From the NCBI GenBank assembly GCA_964016885.1, contig OZ024743.1, forward strand, positions 348,936,001 through 349,000,000: a DNA stretch of 64,000 bases, given 5' to 3'. Below, piece by piece: positions 25,931 to 39,400 of this stretch (positions are counted from its first letter, which is position 1; every line of letters begins with the position of its first letter). A program made the translations under genes and the position numbers. This DNA is from Eledone cirrhosa. Lineage: Eukaryota. Below the pieces are notes generated by a model that was given only the letters and a program-made list of their open reading frames with translations, had not been told where the DNA came from and made no database searches.

Positions 25931-26221
25931 ACGGCCATTGCCAATATAGGTTTGTTATTTTATTGATTTATTATTTTAAATCGAGACAGGCAAACCATGT
26001 TATGTTATATTATTATTTTTTCAACCTAGCTAACTTGGTCATTTGCAATCCGAACATTTCTATAATTGTACAGATGTTCATCCCTCCTATATTCATTTGT
26101 ATATATATATATATATATACTAGCAGAGTTTCATCAAAATCAACGAACATTATTATAACTATATTTAGTTCAATAATTCTTTGAATGCAAAAGTCTATGC
26201 TCTCAAATTTCTGAATATATA

Positions 26222-26640
26222 TATATATTGTTATACTTTGGAAGTGTCATGTTTCCAATAAAAACGCACACGCACCTGTTGTGCTTCACTTCAATTTATT
26301 ATAAATTCCCAGTTGGTTGATTGGTTGGTCCGTTAAACGGAAGGTTGTTTGTCCTGTCCTATACCATCTACGAGATGGTGTAGGATGGAACAAAGGAGAG
26401 ACACACAAAGTAAAGACCTAGTCACCGAGGAGGTCACAGTATGTATGACGAAAGAGTTTTGATAATATATAAACAACCTTCCGATTATCGAATCAACCAA
26501 TCAGAAATTTATAATAAATTAAAGTGAAAACCAAAAGTTTTTATTGGCAGAATGAGCCTCCCAAAAGTATAACAATATATGTTTGAACACCCGTTTTCAG
26601 ATAAGAAACCTCGCAAAATAAATTCAAAAACGAACTATAC
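26222..26640 (+). mobile_element. Solo fold-back PLE pLTR related to 41870-42190, with a decayed hammerhead at ~26421-26463
   Basis: 26365-26635 aligns to 41882-42188; 26222-26352 is an inverted copy of ~26470-26580. Confidence 0.8.
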
Positions 26641-27579
26641 AAACACGCGCGCGCGCGTGTGTTGGGGAGGGGGGTGCGTTTGTGTGTATGTGGTGGTGGT
26701 GGTTGAATACATGTTTACATTGCTTTAATTTGTAACGTTTTAAGATACAGGTCAATGAATTCTAAGCTTTTATTTCCAGATTAAAGATAATCAAGAGTTT
26801 ATAATTATTGAAAGTTGTATTATTATCATGGGCTGATTAGAAATACTACCACAATTAAATCAGAACATGTGTGTGGTCTTACTGTCTAGTTGTTTGTCTC
26901 TGTTTCTATATCCATCTCTGCTTTTCTCCCACCCTCACCCTCTCTATATATGTATATATCTGGCTCTGACCCTGTCTCTTTCTTCATGACCCCATATAAC
27001 AAACACTATACATAGGCATAGTCATATGCAAATGCACACACATAATTTCACATCCATAAACATTAAATGGGTTTCTGTCAAATTTGACGATGTGCATTAT
27101 AGTTCATCGGTTAATAAACTACTTCTTCATTGAATTACCGTTTAACTAACTGAGAGACGTTCGATGTCACGGAAATTTTGAGGTGGGTTCAATTTCAGAT
27201 ACCGTGCATCAGACGTGCTTCCAGTTTCCGGCCACACGAGTTCGTTTACAGTAATGCAAATGATTTAAGTGTTTGCTAACAAAACATGCAGACGAAACGA
27301 ATTTGAAAACTCTGAGTATATACAAACACGTATTCATACCTACCTACCTAAGTATCTACCTATCTACATACATGCATCTACATTCTCACTTACCATAACA
27401 TCCATAACTGCACAAAATGGCACGCAAGCAGGGATGTATACATATCTACCTAGAAGATGTTGTCTAAATTCCAATGAGTGAATGTGTTTTGTATATGTGA
27501 GAAACCGACCATCACTCTATAGGTAAACATAAAAAAAATGTGAAACCAGAACATACATACATACACGCAGACGTATACG

Positions 27580-28720
27580 GGACGCAGATGGTAACACTGA
27601 AGCAACAGAAGATAAAGGTCAGCAACCATCTTGGCCAGGCTTATGAGCATGAAGGAAATAATTGTTTCTACTTTTGGCGCAAGTCCTGCAATTACCCAGT
27701 GCATTACTGGTACTTTATTTTATCGACCCTGTAAGGATGAAAGGCAAAGTTAACCTCGACGGGATTTGAACGCATGAAGGAAATAATATCATTAGGATAG
27801 ATCCTTGTCTGAGGAGGGATATGGAATAAGGCCTGATATAAATCTCTCTCCCAGAGACTTTGGAAGATCATATTTAATGCTCGAACAAGATTAAAAAAAT
27901 GAGCCAATTTACAGAGAAAGTTGTACAGTAGACGAAAAACAGAGACCATAAAGGGGATGAATTATTCAAAAAGCCTGGAATGGAGTTCCCACTAGTTTAT
28001 GACATCCCACCTCGAAAGTTATCTCTATGCAATACAAGGACAAGTAATCCCTACCAAATATCTGCTACACAAAAGAGGAGGGCCATCAATCAACAATAAA
28101 TATAGGCTATGTAAAACGAAGATCGAATATTTTAGCCTCATTGTTGAGGCACGATGTGATAGCTAGAACTATCTAGAATGCATTTAGGATAAACAAAATT
28201 AAAAACAAATGAGGAAGAATAATTTGAGATAGATGGCTCTAAGGAATACTGTTAGAACCTGAAAAAAAAAATTGCCTGCAAATTAAAATACAACCGGCCT
28301 TTTATTGGTATTTGGGACAACATATTGAAAACGTGCTCAGTTGTAGAGATCAGCTGCCCACATGATGTCAACATAGTAAGAAAATTACAGGAGAAGGAGG
28401 ACATCTACGGACATCTACGGACATCTACGAACCATTGAATTTTGCAGATCCAGTATCCAAGATACACCTCCAGCTTCATATCCATCATTATTGGAGCTAC
28501 GGGTTATATACCAGTCCGCTTGGACCAATGAATGACGAATTTTAGATTTGTGGACAAAGAAACCAGCTCCGTAATTCATAGACTACAAAAGGCTTCGATA
28601 GCTGCTAGCTTTGCAAAACATTATTGCGATTCAAGGGATGACAATTCATTTTATTTCACAATCTAGCCATCAGGAAGTTGGTCGGTTAAAAATTTACTCG
28701 AAATTAAGAGACAGAGAAAC
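27580..28720 (+). mobile_element. R4/Dong-clade 3' fragment, same family as 18578-20380, interrupted by a SINE
   Basis: Colinear similarity through the 3' terminus ..ACTCGAAATTAAGAGA.AGAGA.A followed by (ACAT)n. Confidence 0.85.
27663..27771 (-). mobile_element. SINE S1, 5'-truncated, 16-bp TSD
   Basis: GCATGAAGGAAATAAT at 27647-27662 and 27772-27787. Confidence 0.9.
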
Positions 28721-28859
28721 ATACATACATATATACAAGCATACATACATATATTACATACATACATGAAGAACTTTGCATCCCATCGCTTACGTCGACG
28801 AATGTTCCAGCTGATACAATTAACGGACCGGCTGCCCGCGAAATCAGGGTGCAATTATC

Positions 28860-29090
28860 TGAGCTTTCCACACACACGAGTACCGTTGACGTAGTTCTCA
28901 GGGGAATTTTTGTGTTACACAGAATATAACATGGCTGAATTACAGGTACTACCCATCTTTGCCAGTTGAGTGGACTGAGGTAATGTGAAATAAAGTGTCT
29001 TGCTCCAGGACACAACGCGCCGACGGCAATCGAAATACCGAACTTAGGATCGAGAACCGAATACCATAACCATTAAGCCACCTACCTTCA
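28860..29090 (-). mobile_element. tRNA-derived CORE-like SINE (family S2)
   Basis: Minus strand: GTGGCTTAATGGTT A box, TTCGATT B-box remnant, TGTGTCCTGGAGCAAGACACTT..CCTCAGTCCACTC..AAAGATGGG resembling the CORE domain. Confidence 0.7.
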
Positions 29091-29673
29091 CACTTATTTA
29101 CAAACATACATAAAAAAAACACCAGTCATGCAAGCGTATTATACGTACAAACATCCATAGATATATATATGTATGCACACATGCATACATAGAAACATAT
29201 CTATGAACGTAAATACACACATACATGCATACATGCATGCATACACACAATTAAATGCATACATACATATATACATACATACATACATACATACATACAT
29301 ACATACATACATACATACATACATACATACATACACAAATACATACATGCGTACATACCTACATATTTATTACGATCATGCGCTGAGTATAATGAAATTG
29401 TCAAGAACACACTTCATTATTTGTTAAATGTAGAGTATTCCCCTACCCAGAAAACCAAGTAGAATTAGATTACATGTTTTAAAAAGTCAATAATTTACTG
29501 ATGTGAAGTGAACTTGAGTTCTTTATTTATGACTTTAAATAAATCATTAAAGTAATGTGGAGGGTGTATTTATATGTATATATGTATGTATATATATTCA
29601 TGTATGCACACGTGTATTTACACACATATATAGAAACGTGCACACACAAATGTATATAAATGTATATATATGT

Positions 29674-29819
<146 letters not shown>

Positions 29820-29994
29820 TACGTGCGTTATTCTTTTCTTCTGGGTGTGTGTATTTCTTTAGTGTCTAGTAACAGGGTGTAGGGTAATCGTATCACTTTG
29901 CTTCATTCTACATTCAAAACTTCATGGAAGGGCAATTTCCTTTTTTTTCAAGAATATTCTGCAGATGTAATAAAAATATTTTAGGCCTACTGTT

Positions 29995-30065
<71 letters not shown>

Positions 30066-30237
30066 GTATGTTTGTACGTACATATATACAGTGAGAGAAA
30101 TTGAGGGAGGGAGAGATAAGACAGATCAAGGTATTAAAATACATCAGGAGATAAGTAGAGAAATCCACATACATATATGCACATATGTACACACGTGCAT
30201 ACCTACCTAACTGCATACATACATTGCTACATAGATA

Positions 30238-33200
30238 TGTTTCTTTATTAGCCACAGGGGCACACAAGAAGGGGACAATTACAAACGGGGGAGTTTACAT
30301 ACAATAAAAACGCGTAAAATATTATCACAAATGCAAATTAAAAGTGAATCGATTTTCCCCAATAGGGGGAGACAGTTCATATGGGCAGCACATACCACCG
30401 TAAAAAATGTGCAACCCTTATCTCCAGGAGTACGAAGAGTTTGTAGCCCTTTCCTCTCTTCCTATTTTTCCTCAACCTACAGGCGGATATAAAGAGAAGG
30501 CCCATTCACTCGAGCCATTCTCGCCACTTTCACCCACCTTTCATAAAACTTGCTGGGGTAGAGCACCTCTCTCTCCATCCTGATTCTTCTTCCAAAGTAG
30601 TATTTGAAAAAGAGAATCAGTTGTTGGCCGGAGAAAAAGGTGTCTGCCCTCAGTCCTTTTAACTTCGTCCACCATACAACCTCTTTCGCCATAGCTATCA
30701 CACAAAGGAAAACCGTTTCTCCTTCGTTTTTGAAGGAGGGTGGCGGTTTGATCATGCCATTAGACTCGGTGGTCAACCGGATTGGTACCACCCGCGACGA
30801 TAGTCGTTCTACATAGCCTCACAGGTCGGTAACGCCCGGGCAGTGTATGAATGCGTGCGCGACGGTTTCTTCGTCTCGCACGCATCTCGGACAGATCTTT
30901 TTCGAAGGGTCCCAGCCCGGGCGCCCTTGTCTGTAGAGCTTGTCTCGAACTGGTAGAGCTCCTCGGTAGCACTGCCAGGCCAGGGACTTATGGAAGTTGT
31001 CCATCGGTCTCGGGCGGAAGGTCCTACCGAACAGACTGACCACTTCGTCTTCCTCCACGCCTAGATTTTCTCCGAGCGCGACTTCGCACTTGCTGCGGAT
31101 CAACCCTCTATAGACTGACGAAGTGGAATCTCCACTGATTGCCGGGTCCGCCTGCCAGAGGGCTGTGAGAGCCTGAGCACATTTGATGTTCCAGTCGCCC
31201 ATTTCTCTCGGTCTTTGCTTGACCCAGGAATGCAGCTCGGTCAGCGAGATGAGTCGTGGGAAGGCTCGCCTCACGAACGAAGCACACACCGGTTGTCCGG
31301 TGAGGAATACGTAGAGATACCGCAGCCTGAGCGCGTGTTTGTGCATCGTCAGCCACGGCATCCCCAGCCCTCCGTTGGAAGGGTGTTGGTAGCAGATGGA
31401 TCTTCTCACCAAAGGAGCCCGCTCCCTCCGATTGGAAGAGAGCGCGCTCCATTTTGGTGAGCGTTTTGGCTGGACAAGGCACGACGGTCAAGCGGTAATA
31501 GATGACGGACGCTATAAAAGTGTTCGCCACCTCCGCTCGACCTCAGCCCTCTTCTGGGTGAGTGCAAACACCTTGGCCGTCACCTCGTTCCAGCTCTTCT
31601 CCACCTGGAGCAAATCAGAGCAAACCAGACCCCCGAGCAGCTTCACCGGTCCTTCCGTCCAGCGTCCGACGACGCCATCGGAAGGCTCGGTCTGTCTCTC
31701 CACGATCCGAGTTGCAAACCGATGGACTTGTCCCGGTTCAGCTTAGCTCCTGTGAACCTTTCGTATTCCTTCAGTAAGATGCCGACTTCCTCGATTTGCG
31801 AGGTGCTCGACACCAATACTGACACGTTGTCGGTGCAGGCCGACGCCGCTTTCCGCAGTCCCTGTTCTAGAGGGATGCCCTGCAATAGCTCCAACTTCCG
31901 CAGTACTGGCTCGAAAGTCAGTACGTGCAGAAGAGAGGAGAGAGGGCATCCCAGTCGGTGGATCGCGTGATATGGAACGGCTCCGAGAGGTAGCCGTGCA
32001 CCTTGACCCTTGAGCAGATGTTGCTTTTGTGCATTGCAGCAATCCAGCCCCTGAACACAGGTCCGAAGCCTGCCGCCTCGAGCACCGCATCCAGGTACCG
32101 ATGGTCAACCGCATCAAAAGCCTTAGACTGTTCCAAGTTGATCAGCGCCCCACCGAAACCGGGTTTACACGCTACCCTCTCTACGATGTATCGCATAAGG
32201 TTGAGGGTGTCGTGTGTGGACCTGGTCGGGATTGCTCATGTCTGCGCTTCTCCCACCAGGTTTTCGACGACAAGCGCCACCCTCTTTGCCAACACCTTGG
32301 CCAAAATCTGTAACTCTGTGTTTAACAGAGTTATGGACCGGAATTTGCCTATGTCATCCCCCTTATACTCGTCCTTCCTGACTAGTGTGACTACGCCCCT
32401 GGTCACAGAACTAGGAATTCTCCCGTTCTGCTGCCAGTTGCAGTTGATCGCTTCCAGGAGACCGGAGAACAATCCGGCATTGCTACGTAAAATTCGTAGG
32501 GTAGACCGTCCAGACCTGGAGATTTGCGTTTGCCGCATCGGTTCAGCGCGTCTCCTATCTCAGCGGCTGAAATCCGCCTTACGCAGAACTTCGCCTCGCT
32601 GTCCGAGTGTCGCGGTAGGCCGTCGAGGTATGGACCAAAATCCATAGCCCTTCCCAGCGCGCCGCCCTGCCCGAACAGTTGAGCAAAGTGCCGCTGAAAA
32701 GCCATGCACATCTGCTTCGGCTCACGTATAACGCGTCTGTCTTAGTCCTTCAAATACCGAATCGTGGACTTGTTGCCACTTTCCCCTCCTTCACCCGGGC
32801 CCAGCTAACAGCTTTGTCTCCCTCGTTACCCAGAGCACGTATTTTGCTTCTGACAACGCAGCCCTCATGCTTTGTGTCGAAGAACTGGTCCAAGGCCGTT
32901 CTCGTTGCTAGCACGCTGGCTATGTTGCCACTCCTAAGTGCCTTTTCTACTTTATCTACCAGTTCCTTCTAGGTCCTATTTCTATCTAACGCTAATTCTT
33001 TAGTAAAAACTAACGAGTCTAATCTAACTTCACTCTTGAGAGAGTACCACCATCTGTTGTTGAAAACGGCCCCTGTCAAGTGCTGCTTAACTAAAGTGCT
33101 AATCCGCTTACTGTAAGCGTTTTCGTCGGTAAGGACAAGTTTAGCTTCCAGTAAGCGGGTCCTTGTCTATGGGTTCTATCAAGGTTGACCACTCCGGTCA

Positions 33201-35725
33201 CCAACTTGTGATCCAAATAGTCAACCATGAACATTCGTGGACAGCTTAATGTGTCCCTATCCTTGTTTCTAACTAGGAACATATCTAGGTACGACCTAGA
33301 TGTTGCGCTGCGATTAGTCCACAACCACAGTGGCACAGTCGGAAAATCTAGTCGATATCTATCGGCCAGATCAAATCGGGCGATTAACCGTTTGAGGCTG
33401 TTACACACCCCTCTATCGGGACATGCCCCTACATAGTCCCATCGTGCATCCAGGATACCATTCCAGTCCCCCACTAAAACCAAGGAGCAGGACGTTCACA
33501 GAAAAGTCTCTAGGCGCTGAAAGAAGTCTGGTCGCGGTGTCCCATATGGGGCATACGCTGCCACCAGCCTGAAGGCTCCAACTTCGCTACTGCCGACGTC
33601 TAGATCCACCAGTCGACCCTCCGGGTCCAGGTGTACCTTCCGTGTTTCGAGGCCCAGGTGTTTTCGCAGCAGAACGACCACCCTGTCCCTACTGACAGAG
33701 AGATGCATAGATCTCAAAGTCGTCGAAGATGGGGGCCAATTGGTGCTCGCTGCTGACCCTGGACACACAAATAGCTATCACATCCATTATGTGCGACCTG
33801 AGGACATTTTAGAGTTTGCCTTGATTCTAGGACATCCCCAGGCCGCGCACATTTAACGATCCAACTCTTATACCTGTCCTTCTCCTGGAGACCAGGCTGC
33901 ACACTTTCCATGGGGTGTCAGAAGGGTTGTTTGGTGGGTTGGTGGTTTGGGATGTGATGGGGACATCAGTGTGTGGTGGGATGGGGTGTTTGGTGGGGGA
34001 GGGGTATATGGGGTGGTGGTGGGGAAACATTTCAAAAGACGCGATTGATGGGTCTAGTACAGGGGTTCCCCACGTCCTCGGGGAAGTTCTGCTTGAGCAT
34101 TGCGTAGGTGTCCCTTGGGACCGTAATCATTTTTAAATGCGGTTTAGTCGCCGCGTTGGTGAACATTTTCCCTTCGGTTTCCACCGACGGTCTTTGTCCA
34201 TTGTTTGCATAACTGTTTTGTTGTTTGCGTTGATGTATGTATACTGTTTTTGTTGTGTTGTGTTTGTTTTTGTTTGTTGTTATTGTGTGTGTTTGCGTTT
34301 TGTAGTATTTGTTATATTTTCGGGGGGGGGGGTTATTTGTGATGTTTGTTCTGTTTGTGCTGGTGGCTGTGTGTTTGTTGTATTTTTGTTGATGTGGTGG
34401 CTTCTTTTCTTTCTTTTTACCGGTTGAAAGGGTACTCCCTCGTCTTCACTAGGTGACGTTGATAAGGGGTCCTCGTCCGTGTTGTTGGGGAGGGTTATAT
34501 TTTGGGGTTTTGTTGTGGTTGCGGGTGCTTTTGTATTTGTTTTAGGTGGGGAAGGGTTGGGTGGAACGGTGTCTTGTGTTGTTATTTTACTGTGTTGTTG
34601 TGGTTGTTGTGGCGGTGGTGGTGGCGGTGGGGGTGGTGTTTGTTTTGTTGTTGTGTGTGGGGTGGGCAGGAGCGTCTTTCTTTTGCGGGGGGGGAGGGGC
34701 ATTTAAAAGGGGACAGGAAGCCCTCAGGCGATCATTTCTTGAACAGTGGTAGCATGAAGGCCGCCTGCCCTCGACAGAAATGTTTATGAAGGCAAATCCA
34801 TCCAGAGACACCCGCTGCGGTATTCTTGCTATCCGTTCTGGTCTCATTTGGACCAGTATTTCAAGGCTATTGCCGCCGAATACGCCCACGGTGGATTCGC
34901 CTATCGAGAGGATTGTGTCCTCATCGTCTAAGAATCCCGTTAGCACCCACCAAAGGCTTGCATTTGGCCTGATGCCCGAGATTCTTATCCTTTGAGTTCT
35001 TTTCCCCAAATATGGGGGGAAAAGGTGTATAATTTGGATACAATTGCCGATACAGAGTATTTCCGTGCCGCTAATTGATCTTTCATTAGCACAGATATGC
35101 TTCCATGCAGTTTCCCTTTCTCTATAAAAGCGATATATTTCCAGGCACTACTTAGGACCAGCTTAATTTCGCTTTGGGACAATTGAGCCGGTTTCCTAGT
35201 TGCGTTGGAAATTGTCCTAAGAATTAAAGTCCTCAGGACTGTATCTTTTCTAACTTCTTCGGGGGATGAAATTGTGAATTCCCGACCTTCCCCAAAAGTT
35301 ACACAATGTGTTGCCTCCTTCAGCATCTCCCTGGCAGTCGAGAGGTCCAATGCCTTCTAAATATGTGTCTGTCGGACGGCCTGTGCGAAAGAGACTCTAG
35401 TCGTGGGTCAGCTCTCTTTCGTCTTGTTGTTCTTGTTGTCACTGATGTTGATATTTTTCGTATTTTCCTTGGTGTTGGTGTTGTTGTAGTCTTTGATGCT
35501 GGTATTATTGGTGTTGTCTTTATTTTTTCCTTTGTTGTTGTTGTCATTGTTGTTTTTATCATCATTATTGGTGGTGTTGTTGTTAATTTTGTTGTCATTG
35601 TACTGTTTGGTGTCATTTGTGTCGTTTGTATTTGAATTTGTTTTTACCATTTGATTTCGTCTTTCCATCTCCATAGTATCTATGTAGAAGAGAAGGGATG
35701 AAGACGATGTTGACTGCGAGTATAG
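30238..35725 (-). mobile_element. Tx1/L1-clade LINE, divergent family (copy D), near full length, decayed
   Basis: ORF1 remnants with CYHC..RLRASC knuckle; ORF2 RVGSLNVRG, GDWN, SPGLDG, KAFD, CPRC..H..C; AATAAAG 3' end near 30243. Confidence 0.92.
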
Positions 35726-35903
35726 AGTTTCTACTTTTGGCACAAGGCCAGCGATTACCCCAGTGCACCACTTGTACTTTATTTTATCGACCTCGTAAGG
35801 ATGAAAGGCAAAGTTAACCTCGGCGGATTTGAACTCAAAACGCAAAGGGCCATAAATATGCTGCAAAACATTGTGTCTGACGCTCTACCGATACTGCCAA
35901 ACC
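35726..35903 (-). mobile_element. SINE S1 fused to the 5' end of Tx1 copy D
   Basis: Complete head and core, no ATT tail; shares flanking direct repeats with copy D. Confidence 0.88.
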
Positions 35904-35941
35904 ACATTTCTACATAGATAGATAGATAGACATACTTGCGC

Positions 35942-36019
<78 letters not shown>

Positions 36020-36020
<1 letters not shown>

Positions 36021-36416
36021 GAAAAATTGAACAGGGACAGAACAGAGAGGCAGTACGATAAATGTTTATTAAATTCACGCTCAGGAGAGTGGGGGGGTAG
36101 GTGGGGGACGACGTTTCGGGCATAAGCCCTTCTTCAGGTGAGAGTTCAAAAGGTGTGTAGGGGAGTGGTGGAGAGACATATAGCGAAAGGAAACGGTGCG
36201 AATGAAAAATTAACAAATAAAGACAAAAATATAAATAATAAATAAAAATAAAGCATGATCAAAATACAAGGAATGAGAAAATTTAAAAATAAAGGCATGA
36301 TCAAAATAAACTGAAATTAAAAGGGGGGTAAACAGGTGGTAGAAGGGTGTGGGGTGAGTAGAGGTGGTGGCGGATGGAGTGGGGAGAGGGAGACGGGGTG
36401 TCCGAGCGGGGAGGGC

Positions 36417-36420
<4 letters not shown>
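36020..36420 (-). mobile_element. PLE pLTR-like fragment between (TA)n tracts
   Basis: Minimal hammerhead followed by ..CCTGAGCGT..AATAAA. Confidence 0.6.
36107..36140 (-). ncRNA. Minimal type I hammerhead motif
   Basis: Minus strand: cac CTGAAGA a ggg cttatg ccc GAAAC GTC gt; stem I weak. Confidence 0.62.
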
Positions 36421-36452
<32 letters not shown>

Positions 36453-36454
<2 letters not shown>

Positions 36455-39400
36455 ATGATATTAAATAGATGGTAACTATATTTATAAAACCATATTTATT
36501 TTATTATATATATTTCAAGGGCAACCAAGACAACATTGGTGCGCTTTCATCAGATAAAATACAAACTAGGTTTTATAAATAGAGACGTACCCATGAAAAT
36601 TCTACCTTATCGGTTGGAAATTCACTTGATAATGGAAACATATAAGGGATTATTCAAACTTATGTGTGAATATGCAAATGAATGTGTAAATAATTGAAAA
36701 AAAAAAACAACCGTTTATTTAAATGACACTGGAGAAAGATAGGGAAGAAAGAGAGAGATAGAAAAGATATTAATATTATGAGATAGATAGAGAGAACAAA
36801 TTTACAAGAGGATGAACATAACTCATGTAACGTAAATATGAGGGAATAAATTTTAAGTTTATATCTACTAATGGTACATATATTTACTATTATTTAGTTG
36901 TTAGAATTCTTTTTAATATAATATTTACTGTAGATAGAAAAATAAATAGATATATATAGAAAAATAAATGTATATAAAAATTAGATGGAAAAATATATGG
37001 AAAAATAAATAGAGCGAAAAATAGATAAATAGAAGAATAAATAAATAGAAAATAGATAGATAGAAAAATAAGTAGAAAATGAATAGAAAAATAAATAGAA
37101 AAATAAAAGCATAAATAAATAAATAGATAAGTAGATAAATAGGTAGATATATGGATATATGGGTATATCGTTTTATAGATAATTGTTTTAATGAGTTATG
37201 AGCGATATTGGTTTATATTTAATGTAAGTAATTATGTTAACTGAGTTAATAAGAATATTTATATATTTTAAATTGGGAAGATACGGAAAAAACTCAAGTT
37301 TGTTTATTTATTAGTTAGTATGAAACCATTTTGACAAAATAAGTTTCAACGTTAAAGATATAAATGTTGAAAGATATAGTTAGCCTGAATTAGTTAGTGG
37401 TTATAAATCTAATAAAAGATATTTAAAAAATGTTTATTAAAAATATTAAAAAATATTAAAAATTAGCAATTTTTAAAAAATAAGTAATGTTTAATATATA
37501 TGAAAGATTTAAGAAGTAAAAATTTTAAAATGAAAGATTTAAGAAGTAAAAATAAAAAATAAAAAATAAAAAATAAAGAATTAACAATCTTTAAAAATAT
37601 TAAAATTAAAGTTAATATTAAAAATTAAAATTTAAAAATTTAGGATCATATATGTATATAATTTAAGAAATTTTAAGAAGTGAAATTATAGCAAAATAAT
37701 ATATTAAAACAGAGTGGATAAGATTGTTATGTAAATAAGTAGAACTATTATAAGTGTAATTATAATTTATAATTTATATATAGTTCTAAACGTTGAATTT
37801 AGGCGATGTTTACAAGAGCTAAATAAATTAATTCGTACATTAATAGAGTTCTTACATTTAAGCATGAAGAAAATTTCCTCAACACACAATTTGCACAATC
37901 TAGATAAAGATGTGTATTGTAGGCAGGTGTTTCGAAATGATTTACCAAGTTAAAGAATAGTCCATATTTTTGGATTTTAAGTTTCATATCAGGTCGCATA
38001 GAGAAGTTGAAGATTGTTTTATCAAGTTTATTGAACGAGCATGTGTGATTGATCCAACGAGTTTTAAAGTCTGTAGAAGTTGAACCTACATAGTTAAATA
38101 TATTATCACTGGTTTTGACTGTGCATTTATAGACCACGTCCTTATCTGAGCACTTATTTTTTAAAGGACATTTTGATTAAATTTTAAAGTTACATTTAGC
38201 GGAGCTGATGTTATTCGCAACGGTACTATTATGTTGGATATTGCTAGAGATATTACTGCTATTTTGGTTATGGTTTAAATTTCTATTATTGATTCTATTT
38301 ATATTTTGTGCTATGTTCATAGTAGTAGAGTAAGATAGTTTTATTGTATGTCTGTTGAAGATTGAGTGACATCTATGGGCTTTAGGAAAACATTTATCTA
38401 ATGTTTTAAAGAATAGCTTAGCTAAAGGTGTTTTAACGCTTAATGAAAATGGAGGTGAATACCAAATTATATTTCTAGTTCTATTTCTTCTGTTAGTTTT
38501 AGAGTTTAAGTTAGGGGTTTTTTTTGTAATTATAATTAATAGTAGGGTTATTTGCCTTATCACTGTTGTCGATGTATTTAATCTTATTTATATAGCCTGC
38601 TCTATTTAAAGCTTCATTATAAAATTCTGCCTTATCGTCAAAAATGTTTTTATTAGCGGAGATTGGTGAAATACGTTGTTGGATAGAATTGACAATAGTG
38701 TTCTTGATAGATCTAGGATAATTAGTGTTAACACCTACATAGTTTAGATTCTCATTAATTTTATGGAATGGATAGTAGAGCCCTGTGTTAAAGTTTAATG
38801 TTACGTCTAAAAAGTTAACAATTTTATAGTTATTCTCTATTTCTAATTTAAGATTGTAGCTATTGAAAAATCGTATTATTGATTTTCTTTTTCTATTAAT
38901 TTCACAATTACTATTATTTTCAGTTAAAAGCAGCATATCATCACGATATAAACCACTGGTCATCTCTGGTATTTTTCTATGTAGTGTATTATTAATAAAT
39001 AGCCCCACAAGATCCGTTATTTGCGCCGAGTGCGATGACACCATGGTGATATCAAAATTATTTTTCTATCAGCTCTAGTCCAGAGATGATTGTTGAACTC
39101 AATTAAAGTTTTCCGTGCGGTTTAAATGATATGCATTTCTTCGCTAGATACATCTGTATGTATAGATGCATAGATAAGGTCGTTATTAAGTAAATTAGGA
39201 GTAATGGAGGAGTAGTAATTTCCAATATCCAATTGAATGAATTTTTTGTTGTTGAAATTTTATGTTATTGAACCAATCTATAACATCATTAGTATCGTTC
39301 CATAGTTTTAGGTAAGATATTTCTTTAAGATGCAGTATGATTCTATCTAATATATGTTTACTAACTATGCCTAAGTCTGATTTAAATGGTGCTATGAGTC

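Larger units (their letters stand above)
25165..26100 (+). mobile_element. Candidate retrozyme family R1, locus 2: ~1.8 tandem 513-bp monomers
   Basis: CTCCATGCGTTGAGCT at 25165 and 25678; one hammerhead per monomer. Confidence 0.78.

Noticed and set aside
25165-26100. CRISPR array or ordinary satellite
   Set aside because: No short repeat-spacer pattern; only 1-2 long monomers at dispersed loci
35677-35689. 13-bp inverted match to the TSD of the SINE-Tx1 chimera
   Set aside because: It lies in apparent ORF1-like coding sequence and is low complexity; treated as probable coincidence
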